A stretch of 64,000 nucleotides of DNA, taken from assembly GCA_963786935.1 (NCBI GenBank), contig CAWBAN010000002.1, positions 128,001 to 192,000 on the forward strand. The letters are read 5' to 3'. A program made the position numbers and the translations under genes. Numbering within the stretch: position 1 is the stretch's first letter; each line of letters opens with the position of its first letter. Positions 1-10,344 of the stretch are shown one piece after another. The notes under the pieces were generated by a model. The model was not told where the DNA came from, searched no databases, and was given only the letters and a program-made list of their open reading frames with translations. Origin of the DNA: an uncultured bacterium (GTDB lineage: Bacteria; Krumholzibacteriota; Krumholzibacteriia; Krumholzibacteriales; Krumholzibacteriaceae).

Positions 1-1
1 C

Positions 2-499
2 AACGAACGGGTCGTGAAGAAATACGAATCGGCGGCGGCCTTCGGCCCGACGGCGAAGAAAAACGCCCCGCGCTTCCGCATTTTCGATCTGGACGAGCCG
101 GGCGTGACGATAGAATCGATCCGACGCGACTATTCCCTCATCGTCCAGAATCTCAGGCTCATCAAGCGCCCCGGGCAGAATCGCTGGGAGCAGCAGCAGA
201 AGCGCTGGAGCGAGGCGGCGCTGGGGGAGGACGCCGAGGGCCGGATTCTCTTCATCTTCGCGCGCGCGCCGTTTTCCATGCACGACCTGAACCGGGAGCT
301 GCTCGCGGCGGGAATCGGAGTGGTGGCCGCGCAGCATCTCGAGGGGGGCCCCGAGGCGCAGCTCTACATCCGCGTCGGCAAGGAAGAGATCGAGATGTTC
401 GGGAGCTTCGAGACCGATTACGAGGAAGACGACGACAACAACCGCGCGTGGCCGGTCCCGAATGTTCTTGGAATCAAACCGCGCGCGAATCCCAAATAA
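2..499 (+). CDS. Phosphodiester glycosidase (NAGPA-like) family protein, 5' truncated by the window edge
   Basis: Frame is open from position 2. Motifs SEAALGEDAEGRILFIF and AQHLEGGPEAQLY resemble the family's RTAxG and AxNLDGGGS motifs. Confidence 0.55.
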   Translation, partial: NERVVKKYESAAAFGPTAKKNAPRFRIFDLDEPGVTIESIRRDYSLIVQNLRLIKRPGQNRWEQQQKRWSEAALGEDAEGRILFIFARAPFSMHDLNRELLAAGIGVVAAQHLEGGPEAQLYIRVGKEEIEMFGSFETDYEEDDDNNRAWPVPNVLGIKPRANPK

Positions 500-671
500 A
501 GCGCACAGGAATCGCATTTCCCCTCGGCGGCGCCGGCATCGCAAGCCCCGTATCTGCCATTATGCATTTGCAGCACCCCGCCCGAATCGCAATATTTAGA
601 ATAAGATAGGGCCGGGCAGGAATCGTCTCCGGCTGAATCTCCACACGATTGCATGGGGGGCTCGGGGCGGA

Positions 672-3172
672 ATGCGGCGCACTTTCTCGCAAGCCGAATC
701 GATTTCTATCTCCCTCGCGCTCGCGGCGGCGGCGCTCGCCGCCGGCGCATCTCCCCCGCCCGCTCCGAAGACCGCGCCGCCGCCCTCGCCGCAAAATTCG
801 ACGCGCCGAAAAGAACGATCGTCATGGACGGGAGCTGCGTCCAGTACGCGGGCAATCTCCAGATGAACGTGACGAACTTCGGCTTCCTCGGCTCGATGCC
901 GGCGAGCCGGCTCCCGATGTCCGATTCGCCGTCCGCGCAGTGGCCCGCGGGGAGCGGGACCGAGTATCTCTACGCCGCCGGGCTCTGGATCGGCGCGGAG
1001 CGCTCCGGCGTTCCGTCCGTATCGACCGGCTATCCCGAAAACGAATTCTACCCGCCGGACGATCCGGTGGACGTCATTTATCGGACGTCCGAGGGAGCGG
1101 CGGGGGGCGGCAACTACCCCGGCCTCGCGGACGACGACGGGGACGGCCGCGTGAACGAGGACCGGCTGAACGGGCGCGACGACGACGGCGACGGCCGCGT
1201 CGACGAGGACTTCGCCGCGGTCGGCAATCTCATGTACTCGTGCTGGTACGCGGACGACGACGAGACGGCGAAAGAAGTCTGGCCCGAGCACGTGCCGCTC
1301 GGGCTCGAGGTGAGGCAGGAGACCTTCCAGTGGAGCGAGAAGCAGCTCGACGATTTCGTCGGCGTCCATTACAGCGTCGTAAACGCCGGCGACGACTTCC
1401 TCGACAACATCTATGCCGGCATCTACGCCGATCTCGACGCCGGCCCGCGGAACGTCAGCAACTATTTCCGGGACGACATGATCGGCACGTGGGATGGCGT
1501 CTGGTGCGCGCGGATCGGGGAGGCCTCGATCCCGGTGCGTTTCACCGTCGTGTACGCGCACGACGGCGACGGGGACGGCGGACGGACGCCGGGCTGGTTC
1601 GGGCTCGTGCTCCTCGGCTGCTGGACGCAGACGATCGGAGATCCGGCGCGCGTGGAAGGGGGGATCCACGGCGTGCAAATATTCACGGGGTTGCTCCCCT
1701 ACGAACACGGGGGAGAACCGGTGAACGACTTCGAGCGATACTCGTCGCTCTCGAGCGCGACGAGGGATTCGAACACGGTCACCCCGAACGATTACAAGGC
1801 GCTCGTGAGCCTCGGTCCCTTCACGCAGCTCGCGCCGGGCGCCTCCATCGAGATTCACGCGGCGTACGTGTGCGGCGAAGGGCTCGCGGGAATGCTCGAC
1901 AACGCGGCGATGGCCGCGTACGCCTTTCGCGGCGTGTGGCACAACGTCGACCGGCGGCTCGATACGGGGATGTTCGGACGGGAGACGCCGGTTGCCGGCC
2001 CCGCGGACGGGATCGACCCCGACGCCTGCGACGGGATCGAGGAGAGCTACCGCCTCCGGCGCGGGGACACGCTCTGGACGAACGCCGACTGCGCGGAGGA
2101 GAACGAGTTCTACGAATATACCGGCTGCTACCGCGGGGATCTGACGTTCAAGGACTACCAGACCGGCGTCGACGGCAAGGAAACGCAGATTCACTGGGTG
2201 ACGAGCACCGCCTCTCCGCCGCCGGCGATGCGGGCGATCGCGGGGGACGCGAAGGTGACGCTCTTCTGGGACAACCTGAGCGAGATCACGCGCGATCCGG
2301 TCACGCTCGCCTACGACTTCGAGGGATACCAGATCTGGCGGGCCGACGATTGGCACCGCCCGCTCGGGACGACCGCGGCGAGCGGGCCGAGCGCCGACCT
2401 GTGGCATCTCGTCCAGAGCCGCGATCTCGTCAACGGGCTTCCCCCCGACGAGGATTTCGAGAGGCCTTTCGCCGAAGGGGGCTTCGGCTACGAGCCGCTC
2501 GCGAGCCTCGGCGCCGAACGCGAGGAGCTCATCGCCGAGTTCGAGGAGCATCTGAAATCGGACCCGCTCGAGTCGCCGCCGTGCCCGTCGAACCTCACGG
2601 AAGCGGAGTGCGACACGATCGAGGCGCTGGCGCGCCGGAACCTCGGGATCGAGGGAGGGCGGCGGTATTACACGTTCGTGGACACGGGCCCGAAGAACGG
2701 GATGCCCTATTTCTATTCGGTAGTGGCGTATGACCATCTCCTCCTCAACGGCGAACCGGCCGCGCTCGGCGTGCGCGACACGCCCATCTCGAACTTCGTC
2801 TTCGTCGAGCCGCAGTCGCCGGCGCAGACCGCGGGGAGCTTCGAGCCGGAGGAAATCTACGTCGTGCCGAATCCCGTCACGAGCGCGCGCACGGCGCCGT
2901 GGACGCTCGAGCCGAACAACGCCGATCCGAGCGGCGAGAAGCTCGAGTTCCGCAATCTGCCGAAGTGCCGGAGCACCGTGCGGATCTACACCGTCTCGGG
3001 GGATCTGGTGCAGACGCTGTACCACGACGGCACCGGCGGGAACGGCACCCTCCCGTGGAACATGGTGTCGAGGAACGGGCAGAGCGTCGCGAGCGGCGTG
3101 TTTCTCTTCAGCGTCGAGCCGGAGGACGGACGGTTCGAGCGCGCGATAGGCAAGTTCGTCGTGATTCGGTGA
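672..3172 (+). CDS. Large secreted protein (A1) with DxDxDG Ca-binding-like repeats and a T9SS-like C-terminal domain; one frameshift near 755
   Basis: A signal peptide lies in ORF 672 (MRRTFSQ...LALAAAALAAGA) and the body in ORF 653..3172. It aligns end to end with paralog 5615..8116. C-terminus reads IYVVPNP...FRNLP...RIYTVSGDLV...SGVFLF...GKFVVIR. Confidence 0.8.
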
Positions 3173-3204
3173 GGGCCGGGGTAATGACGAAGGCCGGAGA
3201 ATAC

Positions 3205-5469
3205 ATGAGAATGCGGCGCGGCAGATCGCCGATTCTCGCCGTCGGTGCGGCGATCGGCGCCGCCGTGACGATGCTCGCCGCCGCGTCGCTCATGCTGGCC
3301 GGCTGCTCGGAGAACGTCTTCATCGGCGCCGACGGCGCGAACGCGCCGCCGACGATCCGGCTCGTGAACGGCCCCGTCGAGCAGGACACCGTCGGCTACA
3401 AGGTCGAGCTGAGCTGGCTCGGGGAGGACCGCGACGGCAGGGTCGAGCGGTACGAGTTCGTCATCGCCGAGGGGGATCCGCTCGGCTTCAACCGCGAGGA
3501 CACGTGCGGGATCCACCGCTGGACCACAACCGCCCGCACCGACAGCGTCTTCAAGCTCCTCGCCGACCATTACGACACGACGGTGACGATCGGCGCGAGC
3601 ACCTACTCGCGATACGAACGGACCCACACGTTCTTCGTGCGCGCCGTCGACGACCGCGGCGACCGCTCCGAGCCCGCGTACCGCTCCTTCACGACGTGGA
3701 CGCTCGCCCCGGGGGTCGCGATCGATTTTCCGCCGAACGCGTTTCCGGGGCACGCGCAGATGCTGCCCCCGATCATCCTGTTCCGCTGGCAGGGAGTCGA
3801 TCCCCGGGACGATCCGTGGCACGTCGCGCAGGTCGACTCGGTGCGGCACCTCCTCACCGTCTGGACCGACAGCACGCTGCAGCTCATGAACGAGCATCCC
3901 GCTCGTTTCGAGCGGCTCTGGACGCGCTGGATCGCGACGGACGCGCCCGGGGATTCGGGAACGTCGACGGTCGTCGGGGACGACGAGATGCTCGACCTGA
4001 GCAAGCGCTACCTGTTCGCCGTGCAGGCGAAGGACGAGGCGGGCGCCGTCACGTCCATCTTCGACATGCGGTCGAACGTCCGCGTCTTCGGGCTCATGCG
4101 GGTCGTCGGGCCGGAGCTCACGGTGCGGGAGACGTATCTCGGCGTGAACAAGTTCCTCGGCGTCAAGAACCGGCCGCAGGCCTTCTCGCTTCCCGCCGAG
4201 TTCGCGTTTCACTTCACCTGGAGCGCCGACGCGTCGAGCTACGGCGGCGTCATCAGCGGCTACCGGTACGGATGGGACGTCGGGGACCTCTCCAATCCGA
4301 ACGAATGGGAGGTGCTGCCGAGCCCCTACATTTTGGGTGCCCCGCCGCGGAGCTTCAGCTCGGGCGTCCACACGCTCTTCATCGAGGCGATCGACAACAA
4401 CGGCTACTCGACGCTGGCGCAGATCGAGATCACCGCGTTCCCGATCGACATGAGCAGGAACCTGCTCTGGGTCGACGATTTCTACTCGACCGATTTTCCC
4501 CAGCTCGACTACTCCTTCCCGACGGAGACGGAGCACGATCAGTTCTGGCTCCGGATCTGCGCCCGAGCGCGGGATTTCAAATCGGACCGGGACGTTTTCG
4601 ACACGAGGAACAGCGGTTTTCTCCCCCCGCGCCCCGAGATCCTCTGGAAATACAAGAACGTCGTCTGGACCTATTCGTCCGATCCCCGGACCATGGGGTG
4701 GGACAACGCGATCCGGTTCACGCCGGAGAGCTACATCGCCACGCAGGGGCATTCGGAATTCAATTTCCTCGCGTACTACATGGCCTCCGGGGGCCACCTC
4801 TGGACCGTCGGACGATCCGACCGGCTCGGGGGGCTCGGCGCCGTGCTCACCGAAAACGCGCAGCGATTCCCCCTGGACCTGCGCTGCGAGATCACGGGCC
4901 CCCAGTACGGCTGCGGTCCGGATACGAGCGGCGTCGAGTGCATGGTGTACCGGGATTACTGCGTGTCGGTGCTCGACAAGGCGATCGCCGTGCCGCGCAC
5001 CGCCTGGTGGTGGCTGATGCCGGAGAGGCGCGTGGAATGGGACGCGATGAGCTACGGGTACCTCGACGGGATCGATCCGCTCACGGCGGCGCATCCGGGC
5101 CTGCCCCGCAAGCTGCAGCTCTGGTCGACGGTGACGAAGCCGGGCAATTTCTTCGATCCGCAGGTCCGCGGATTCACCTTCGTCGAGGTGTACAACCCCG
5201 AATACTGGATGAGCCTCATGTGGCTCGAAGCGCAATCCTGCTTCCATCCGATGTATCGCATGAAGGCGCGCAACAGCGTCTCGGCCGTCGACGAGACGGT
5301 TATCGCTTTCTGGACGACGAAACACGCCGACGTCGTGGCGCCCGCGCCCGGCGCCGTCGCCGCCCCGAGCGTGCACTTCGGCCTGCCCCTCTGGTTCTTC
5401 AACCGGGCGCAGGTCGATAGCATCGCGGACGTCGTGTTCGGCGAATGGCGGATACGGACCGATCAATGA
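3205..5469 (+). CDS. Large lipoprotein (B1), Ig-like repeats plus a C-terminal alpha/beta LLWVDD domain
   Basis: GGAG precedes ATG 3205. Lipobox LAGC. Full-length paralog of 8113..10344. Confidence 0.8.
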   Translation: MRMRRGRSPILAVGAAIGAAVTMLAAASLMLAGCSENVFIGADGANAPPTIRLVNGPVEQDTVGYKVELSWLGEDRDGRVERYEFVIAEGDPLGFNREDTCGIHRWTTTARTDSVFKLLADHYDTTVTIGASTYSRYERTHTFFVRAVDDRGDRSEPAYRSFTTWTLAPGVAIDFPPNAFPGHAQMLPPIILFRWQGVDPRDDPWHVAQVDSVRHLLTVWTDSTLQLMNEHPARFERLWTRWIATDAPGDSGTSTVVGDDEMLDLSKRYLFAVQAKDEAGAVTSIFDMRSNVRVFGLMRVVGPELTVRETYLGVNKFLGVKNRPQAFSLPAEFAFHFTWSADASSYGGVISGYRYGWDVGDLSNPNEWEVLPSPYILGAPPRSFSSGVHTLFIEAIDNNGYSTLAQIEITAFPIDMSRNLLWVDDFYSTDFPQLDYSFPTETEHDQFWLRICARARDFKSDRDVFDTRNSGFLPPRPEILWKYKNVVWTYSSDPRTMGWDNAIRFTPESYIATQGHSEFNFLAYYMASGGHLWTVGRSDRLGGLGAVLTENAQRFPLDLRCEITGPQYGCGPDTSGVECMVYRDYCVSVLDKAIAVPRTAWWWLMPERRVEWDAMSYGYLDGIDPLTAAHPGLPRKLQLWSTVTKPGNFFDPQVRGFTFVEVYNPEYWMSLMWLEAQSCFHPMYRMKARNSVSAVDETVIAFWTTKHADVVAPAPGAVAAPSVHFGLPLWFFNRAQVDSIADVVFGEWRIRTDQ

Positions 5470-5523
5470 CACGCCTCGCCGCCCCCCGGGTGCGCGAGGG
5501 ATTTCCACAGACAGTAAAGGAAC

Positions 5524-5552
5524 TTTACCCGCGAAATGTCATATAATATATT
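5524..5552 (+). promoter_or_regulatory. Putative sigma70 promoter for the A2-B2 pair
   Basis: TTTACC-N17-TATATT with an overlapping TATAAT, in an AT-rich intergenic patch. Confidence 0.45.
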
Positions 5553-5614
5553 GAGGTAGCGCACACGTGCGCACTTCCGGGTATTTTCGGGGGGGGGCGC
5601 CAGGGAGGTAGTTT

Positions 5615-8116
5615 GTGCTCCGCCGTTCGTTTTTCGGTCGTACGGCGGGCCAATTTATTATATTGGCTCTGGTTACGGCTCTATGTGCGACGGCGGCGGC
5701 CGGGGAGCGCGAGGACAATCTCAAGGGCAAATTCGACGCGGTCAAGCGAACCATCGTTCTCGACGGGAGCGCCATCACCGCCAGCGGCAACCTCCAGATG
5801 AACATCACGAACTTCGGTTTTTTGGGATCCCTGCCGAAATCCAGCTATCCGATGGCCGACGCCCCCTCGGCGCAGTGGCCCGCGGGGAGTGGCATCGAGT
5901 ATCTCTACGCCGCCGGCCTCTGGATCGGCGCCGAGGTCGACGGGGTGCCGTCGGTCTCGACCGGCTACCCGGAGACGGAGTTCTATCCGGGAGACGAGAC
6001 GATCGATAAAATCTACGAGGCGACCGACGGGACGAAGGGGGGGCGCACGTGGCCCGCGAACGCCGACGACGACGGCGACGGGAAGCTCGACGAGGACTGG
6101 CTCAACGGGCGCGACGACGACGGGGACGGCCGCATCGACGAGGATTTCGCCGCCATCGGGAAGCTCATGTACTCCTGCTGGTTCACGGACGACCAGAGCG
6201 TCGCGGAGGAGGTGTGGCCCGAGCACAATCCCCTCAGGGTGAAGGTGCGCCAGGAAACGTACCAGTGGAGCGAGGAGAGCAGCTATAATTCGGTCGGCGT
6301 GCGCTACATCGTCAAGAACCAGGGCTTCCGGTATCTGCAGAACGTTTACGTCGGGATCTACGCCGACCTCGACGCGGGGCCGCGGAATCTCCCGAGCTAT
6401 TTCAAGGACGACCTGATCGGCTCGTGGTCTGGCATCTGGTGCGCGCCCACCGGAGGCAACCTCGAGATGCCCGAGAAGATCAGCACGCTCTACGTGTACG
6501 ACAACGACGGGGACGGCGGAAGGACCAAGGGCTATTTCGGCGTCGTGCTTCTCGGCACCCGGATGCTCGTCGGACCCGATGAATGGGAAAACATGAACGA
6601 CAGCCCCGCCTCGATCCGCGTGTTCGCCGGCCTCCTGCCGTACGAGCGCGGCGGCGAGCCGATCAACGATTTCCAGCGTTACGAGCTCCTATCGAGCGGC
6701 GTCATTCAGCCGAACACGGAGACTCCGAACGACTACAAGGCGCTGATGAGCGTCGGGCCGTTTTTCCTCGGCCCGGGGCAGACGATCGAGCTGAACTTCG
6801 CGTACTCCGCCGGCGAGGGGCTCGATGAGTTTCTCGACAACGCCGCGTTCATGAAGCTCATCTACAACGGCATGTGGGTCAATAAGGACAAGAACAACAG
6901 CACGGGCATCGACGGCCGCGAATCGATCTTCATCGGCAGCGAGAACTCCGCGAAAGACGGAATCTATCCCGATCCCTGCTGGAGCACGGAGAAGGTCAAG
7001 GTCGCCGTCCGCGAAACCCTCTGGGTCAACGGGGACTGCTTCGAGGAGAAAGAGCTTTGGGAGCACCCGTTCTGCTACAAGGGATCCATGCTCCTGAGGG
7101 ATTTCAAAACGGGCATCAACGGCCGCGAAACGCGGATCCCGTGGATCACGAGCACGACCCCCCCGCCCCCCGGCATGCGGGCCGTGGTCGGTGACGGCGT
7201 CGTCGGTCTGATCTGGGACAATCTGAGCGAGATCACGCCCGACGCGATCACGCAGAAGATCGACTTCGAGGGCTACCAGGTGTGGCGGGCCGACGAATGG
7301 CACCGGCCGCTCGGGAGCACGGTGCTGAGCGGGCCGAGCGACGACCTGTGGCACCTGCTCGACAGCCGCGATCTCATGAACGACATCGAGCCGAACCTCG
7401 ATCTCAAGCAGCCGTGGGCCGACGGCGGATTCCAGTACGAGCCCCTCGCGCAGGTGGCGGATCGGGCGGAGCTCCTCAAAGCGTTCGAGGAAAATCTCAG
7501 GTACGATCCGCTCGGCTCGCCTCCCTGCCCTCCCGGCGTCACGGACGCGGAATGCGACACGCTGGAGGCGCTCGCGCGGTGGAACCTCGGCTTCGACGGC
7601 GGGCGGCAGTTCTACCGCTACATCGATCACGACGTGAAGAACGGCCTTCCCTATTTCTACGCCGTCATCGCGTACGAGCCGCTGTACTCCAACGGGTTGC
7701 CGAAGGGCATGGGGCGCGTGGATTCCCCGTACGCCAATTTCGTGTACGCGATGGCCCTGTCGGAGGCGCAGGAGGCGGAGAGCTTCGAGGAAACGAACGT
7801 CTTCGTCGTGCCGAATCCGGTGACGACGGAAACGATGGCGCCGTGGGCGTTCGAACCGAACAACGCCGATCCCTCGGGAGAGAAGGCCGAATTCCGGAAT
7901 CTCCCGAAGTGCCCGAGCACCGTTCGCATCTACACCGTTTCGGGGGATATCGTGCAGACCCTTCAGCACGACGGGAGCGCCGGAAACGGGACGCTCGCGT
8001 GGAACCTCGTCTCTCGAAACGGCCAGACGGTCACGAGCGGCGTCTATCTCTTCAGCGTCGATCCGGAGGACGGACGGTTTCCGAGGTTCGTCGGGAAGTT
8101 CGTGGTGATACGATGA
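5615..8116 (+). CDS. Large secreted protein (A2), paralog of A1, T9SS-like C-terminal domain
   Basis: GGAGG RBS and GTG start. Signal peptide, DDDGDG repeats, C-terminal VFVVPNP...GKFVVIR. Confidence 0.85.
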   Translation: MLRRSFFGRTAGQFIILALVTALCATAAAGEREDNLKGKFDAVKRTIVLDGSAITASGNLQMNITNFGFLGSLPKSSYPMADAPSAQWPAGSGIEYLYAAGLWIGAEVDGVPSVSTGYPETEFYPGDETIDKIYEATDGTKGGRTWPANADDDGDGKLDEDWLNGRDDDGDGRIDEDFAAIGKLMYSCWFTDDQSVAEEVWPEHNPLRVKVRQETYQWSEESSYNSVGVRYIVKNQGFRYLQNVYVGIYADLDAGPRNLPSYFKDDLIGSWSGIWCAPTGGNLEMPEKISTLYVYDNDGDGGRTKGYFGVVLLGTRMLVGPDEWENMNDSPASIRVFAGLLPYERGGEPINDFQRYELLSSGVIQPNTETPNDYKALMSVGPFFLGPGQTIELNFAYSAGEGLDEFLDNAAFMKLIYNGMWVNKDKNNSTGIDGRESIFIGSENSAKDGIYPDPCWSTEKVKVAVRETLWVNGDCFEEKELWEHPFCYKGSMLLRDFKTGINGRETRIPWITSTTPPPPGMRAVVGDGVVGLIWDNLSEITPDAITQKIDFEGYQVWRADEWHRPLGSTVLSGPSDDLWHLLDSRDLMNDIEPNLDLKQPWADGGFQYEPLAQVADRAELLKAFEENLRYDPLGSPPCPPGVTDAECDTLEALARWNLGFDGGRQFYRYIDHDVKNGLPYFYAVIAYEPLYSNGLPKGMGRVDSPYANFVYAMALSEAQEAESFEETNVFVVPNPVTTETMAPWAFEPNNADPSGEKAEFRNLPKCPSTVRIYTVSGDIVQTLQHDGSAGNGTLAWNLVSRNGQTVTSGVYLFSVDPEDGRFPRFVGKFVVIR

Positions 8117-10344
8117 TGCGTCGGCGCGGATATCAGGCGATCGCCGCGGCTGCGTGCGCGCTCGCGCTCGCGCTGCTCTTCGGCTGCGACGAGAGCGCCT
8201 TCATCGGCGATCCCGCGACGAACGAGCCGCCGACGGTGCGGCTGACGGGCGGGCCCCCGAACGGCGACACGACGAGCTACCAGATCAAGTTCAGCTGGAT
8301 GGGCAACGATCGCGACGGCGCCGTGAAGTACTACGAGTACGCGATGTGCGACGGGAGCCCGGGAGGCTTCGACCCCGCCGATACGACGGGGCTCGCCGCA
8401 TGGACGAAGATCCGCTGCACCGACAGCGTCTTCGCGTTCTCGGCCTTCGAGCCGGGGGAGACGGTGCCCGTCGGCTCCACCAAGATCACGTCGTTCTGCC
8501 GGCGGGTGCACACGTTCTTCATCAGGGCGGTGGACGACAAGGGCGTGCGATCGGCGCCCGCCTACCGCTCGTTCACCGCGAGCACGCTCTCTCCCTACGC
8601 GGTGATCGAGACGCCGCGGAACGCGTTCCCGGGACGGGAGCAGCAGCTTCCGTCGCTCGTCAAGTTCACGTGGAAGGGAGAAGATCCGATCGACGATCCG
8701 TGGAACGTGCAGGAGCCGGAATCGATACGCTATTTTCTCGCCCCCTACAGCCTGAACATCATCGACAACATGAACGCCCATCCGGGGGATTTCGAGTACA
8801 GATGGTGCCCCTGGATCCCGTACCACGCGCCGGAAGATTCCGGAACCACGACGATCATCGGCGACGACGAGATCGTCGTGAAGGGATTCGGATACGTATT
8901 CGCCGTGCAGGCCAAGGACGAGGCGGGCGCGGTGACGTCCGTGTTCAGCTCGAGCCAGAACGTGAGGATCTTCAGGGTGTTCGCCCCGCCGGGGCCGCTC
9001 CTGAGGGTCAAGGAGCAGAACCTCGGAACGTACACGTTCATCGGCGGCAACACCAAGATCGAGACCTTCCGCGTCCCCGGAGGCTTTGCGCTCGATTTCA
9101 GCTGGTCCGCCGACGCCTCGAGCTACGGGGCCGTCATAAGCTCGTACCGGTACGGATGGGACATCTCGGATCTGAACGACGAGAGCGAGTGGGACGTGTT
9201 CCCGTCGCCGCTCGTCAAGCAGGCACCGATCATATCGTTCCGCACCGGCGTCCACACGCTCTACATCGAGGCGACGGACAACATGGGGACGACGACGCTC
9301 GCCCAGTTCGAGGTCACGATCTTCCCGATGAAAATGACGAAGAACCTCCTCTGGGTCGACGATTTCTACTCGACCGATTTCGCGCAGAAGACGTACGCCT
9401 TCCCGACCGAAACGGAGCATGACCAGTTCTGGGTCAGCCTCTGCAACCGGGCGAGGGATTTCGACCAGAACGCCGATATTTACGACACGGCGGACATGAG
9501 CTTCCGCCAGCCGGATATCGAAGTGCTTTGGAAATACAGGAACATCATCTGGAGCTACTCGGCGAGCGACGACGTCATGGCGTGGGACGACATGGTGCGG
9601 TTCACGCCCGAGTCGCAGGTCAACCAGTCGACGAGGCCGAAATTCAACTACCTCGCCTACTACGCGGCGGCGGGGGGGCACATCTGGACGGAGGGAAAGT
9701 CGGATTCGCGCGGCGGCTTCGGCGCGGTGCTCTCCATCACGAACCAATCGTTCCCGCGGAATCTCCGGTGCGAGATCGCCGGGACCAGCACGGGGTGCGC
9801 CGGGGACACGAGCGGCGTCAACAGCATCGCGTACAAGACGTTTTGCGTCACCGTGGTGGACAAGGTGAAGCCGGCGCCGCGCCTCGATCCGCGAATGCCC
9901 GATCGCCGGATCGATTACGACGCCATGTCGTACGGCTTCAAGGATACCCGCGAGCCGCTCACCGTGGGGCATCCGGATCTTCCGCCTCGGCTCAACCTCT
10001 GGAGCCAGGTCACGAAGCCCGGGATGTTCTTCGATCCGCAGGTGCAGGGATTCACCTATGTCGAGGTGTACAATCCGACGTACTGGATGAGAATCATCGG
10101 CGTTTCGCGGCAGGAGTGCTTCATCCCGATGTACCGGATGCGGGCGCGAAGCACGTACTCGGTCGTGAACGGGGACGTCGTCGCGTTCTGGACGACGAGA
10201 TACGCGAGCGTCGTCGCGGACGCCGAGGGGGCGGTCGACGCCCCGAGCGTCCACTTCGGGCTCCCGCTCTGGTTCTTCAACCGCGCGCAGGTCGACTCGA
10301 TCGCCGACGCGGTGTTCCGCGAGTGGGACATCAATAAATATTAA
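8113..10344 (+). CDS. Large lipoprotein (B2), paralog of B1
   Basis: ATGA overlap with the A2 stop. Lipobox LFGC. Shares HTFFxRAVDD, FAVQAKDEAGAVTS, NLLWVDDFYSTDF and SVHFGLPLWFFNRAQVDSIAD with B1. Confidence 0.85.
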   Translation: MMRRRGYQAIAAAACALALALLFGCDESAFIGDPATNEPPTVRLTGGPPNGDTTSYQIKFSWMGNDRDGAVKYYEYAMCDGSPGGFDPADTTGLAAWTKIRCTDSVFAFSAFEPGETVPVGSTKITSFCRRVHTFFIRAVDDKGVRSAPAYRSFTASTLSPYAVIETPRNAFPGREQQLPSLVKFTWKGEDPIDDPWNVQEPESIRYFLAPYSLNIIDNMNAHPGDFEYRWCPWIPYHAPEDSGTTTIIGDDEIVVKGFGYVFAVQAKDEAGAVTSVFSSSQNVRIFRVFAPPGPLLRVKEQNLGTYTFIGGNTKIETFRVPGGFALDFSWSADASSYGAVISSYRYGWDISDLNDESEWDVFPSPLVKQAPIISFRTGVHTLYIEATDNMGTTTLAQFEVTIFPMKMTKNLLWVDDFYSTDFAQKTYAFPTETEHDQFWVSLCNRARDFDQNADIYDTADMSFRQPDIEVLWKYRNIIWSYSASDDVMAWDDMVRFTPESQVNQSTRPKFNYLAYYAAAGGHIWTEGKSDSRGGFGAVLSITNQSFPRNLRCEIAGTSTGCAGDTSGVNSIAYKTFCVTVVDKVKPAPRLDPRMPDRRIDYDAMSYGFKDTREPLTVGHPDLPPRLNLWSQVTKPGMFFDPQVQGFTYVEVYNPTYWMRIIGVSRQECFIPMYRMRARSTYSVVNGDVVAFWTTRYASVVADAEGAVDAPSVHFGLPLWFFNRAQVDSIADAVFREWDINKY

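Noticed and set aside
2899..3204. N-terminal extensions in the ORF track (2899, 7282, 39856, 50983 for ligA, 55253, 58188)
   Set aside because: They overlap upstream genes or leaders. RBS position, lipobox or signal peptide and homology all point to later starts.
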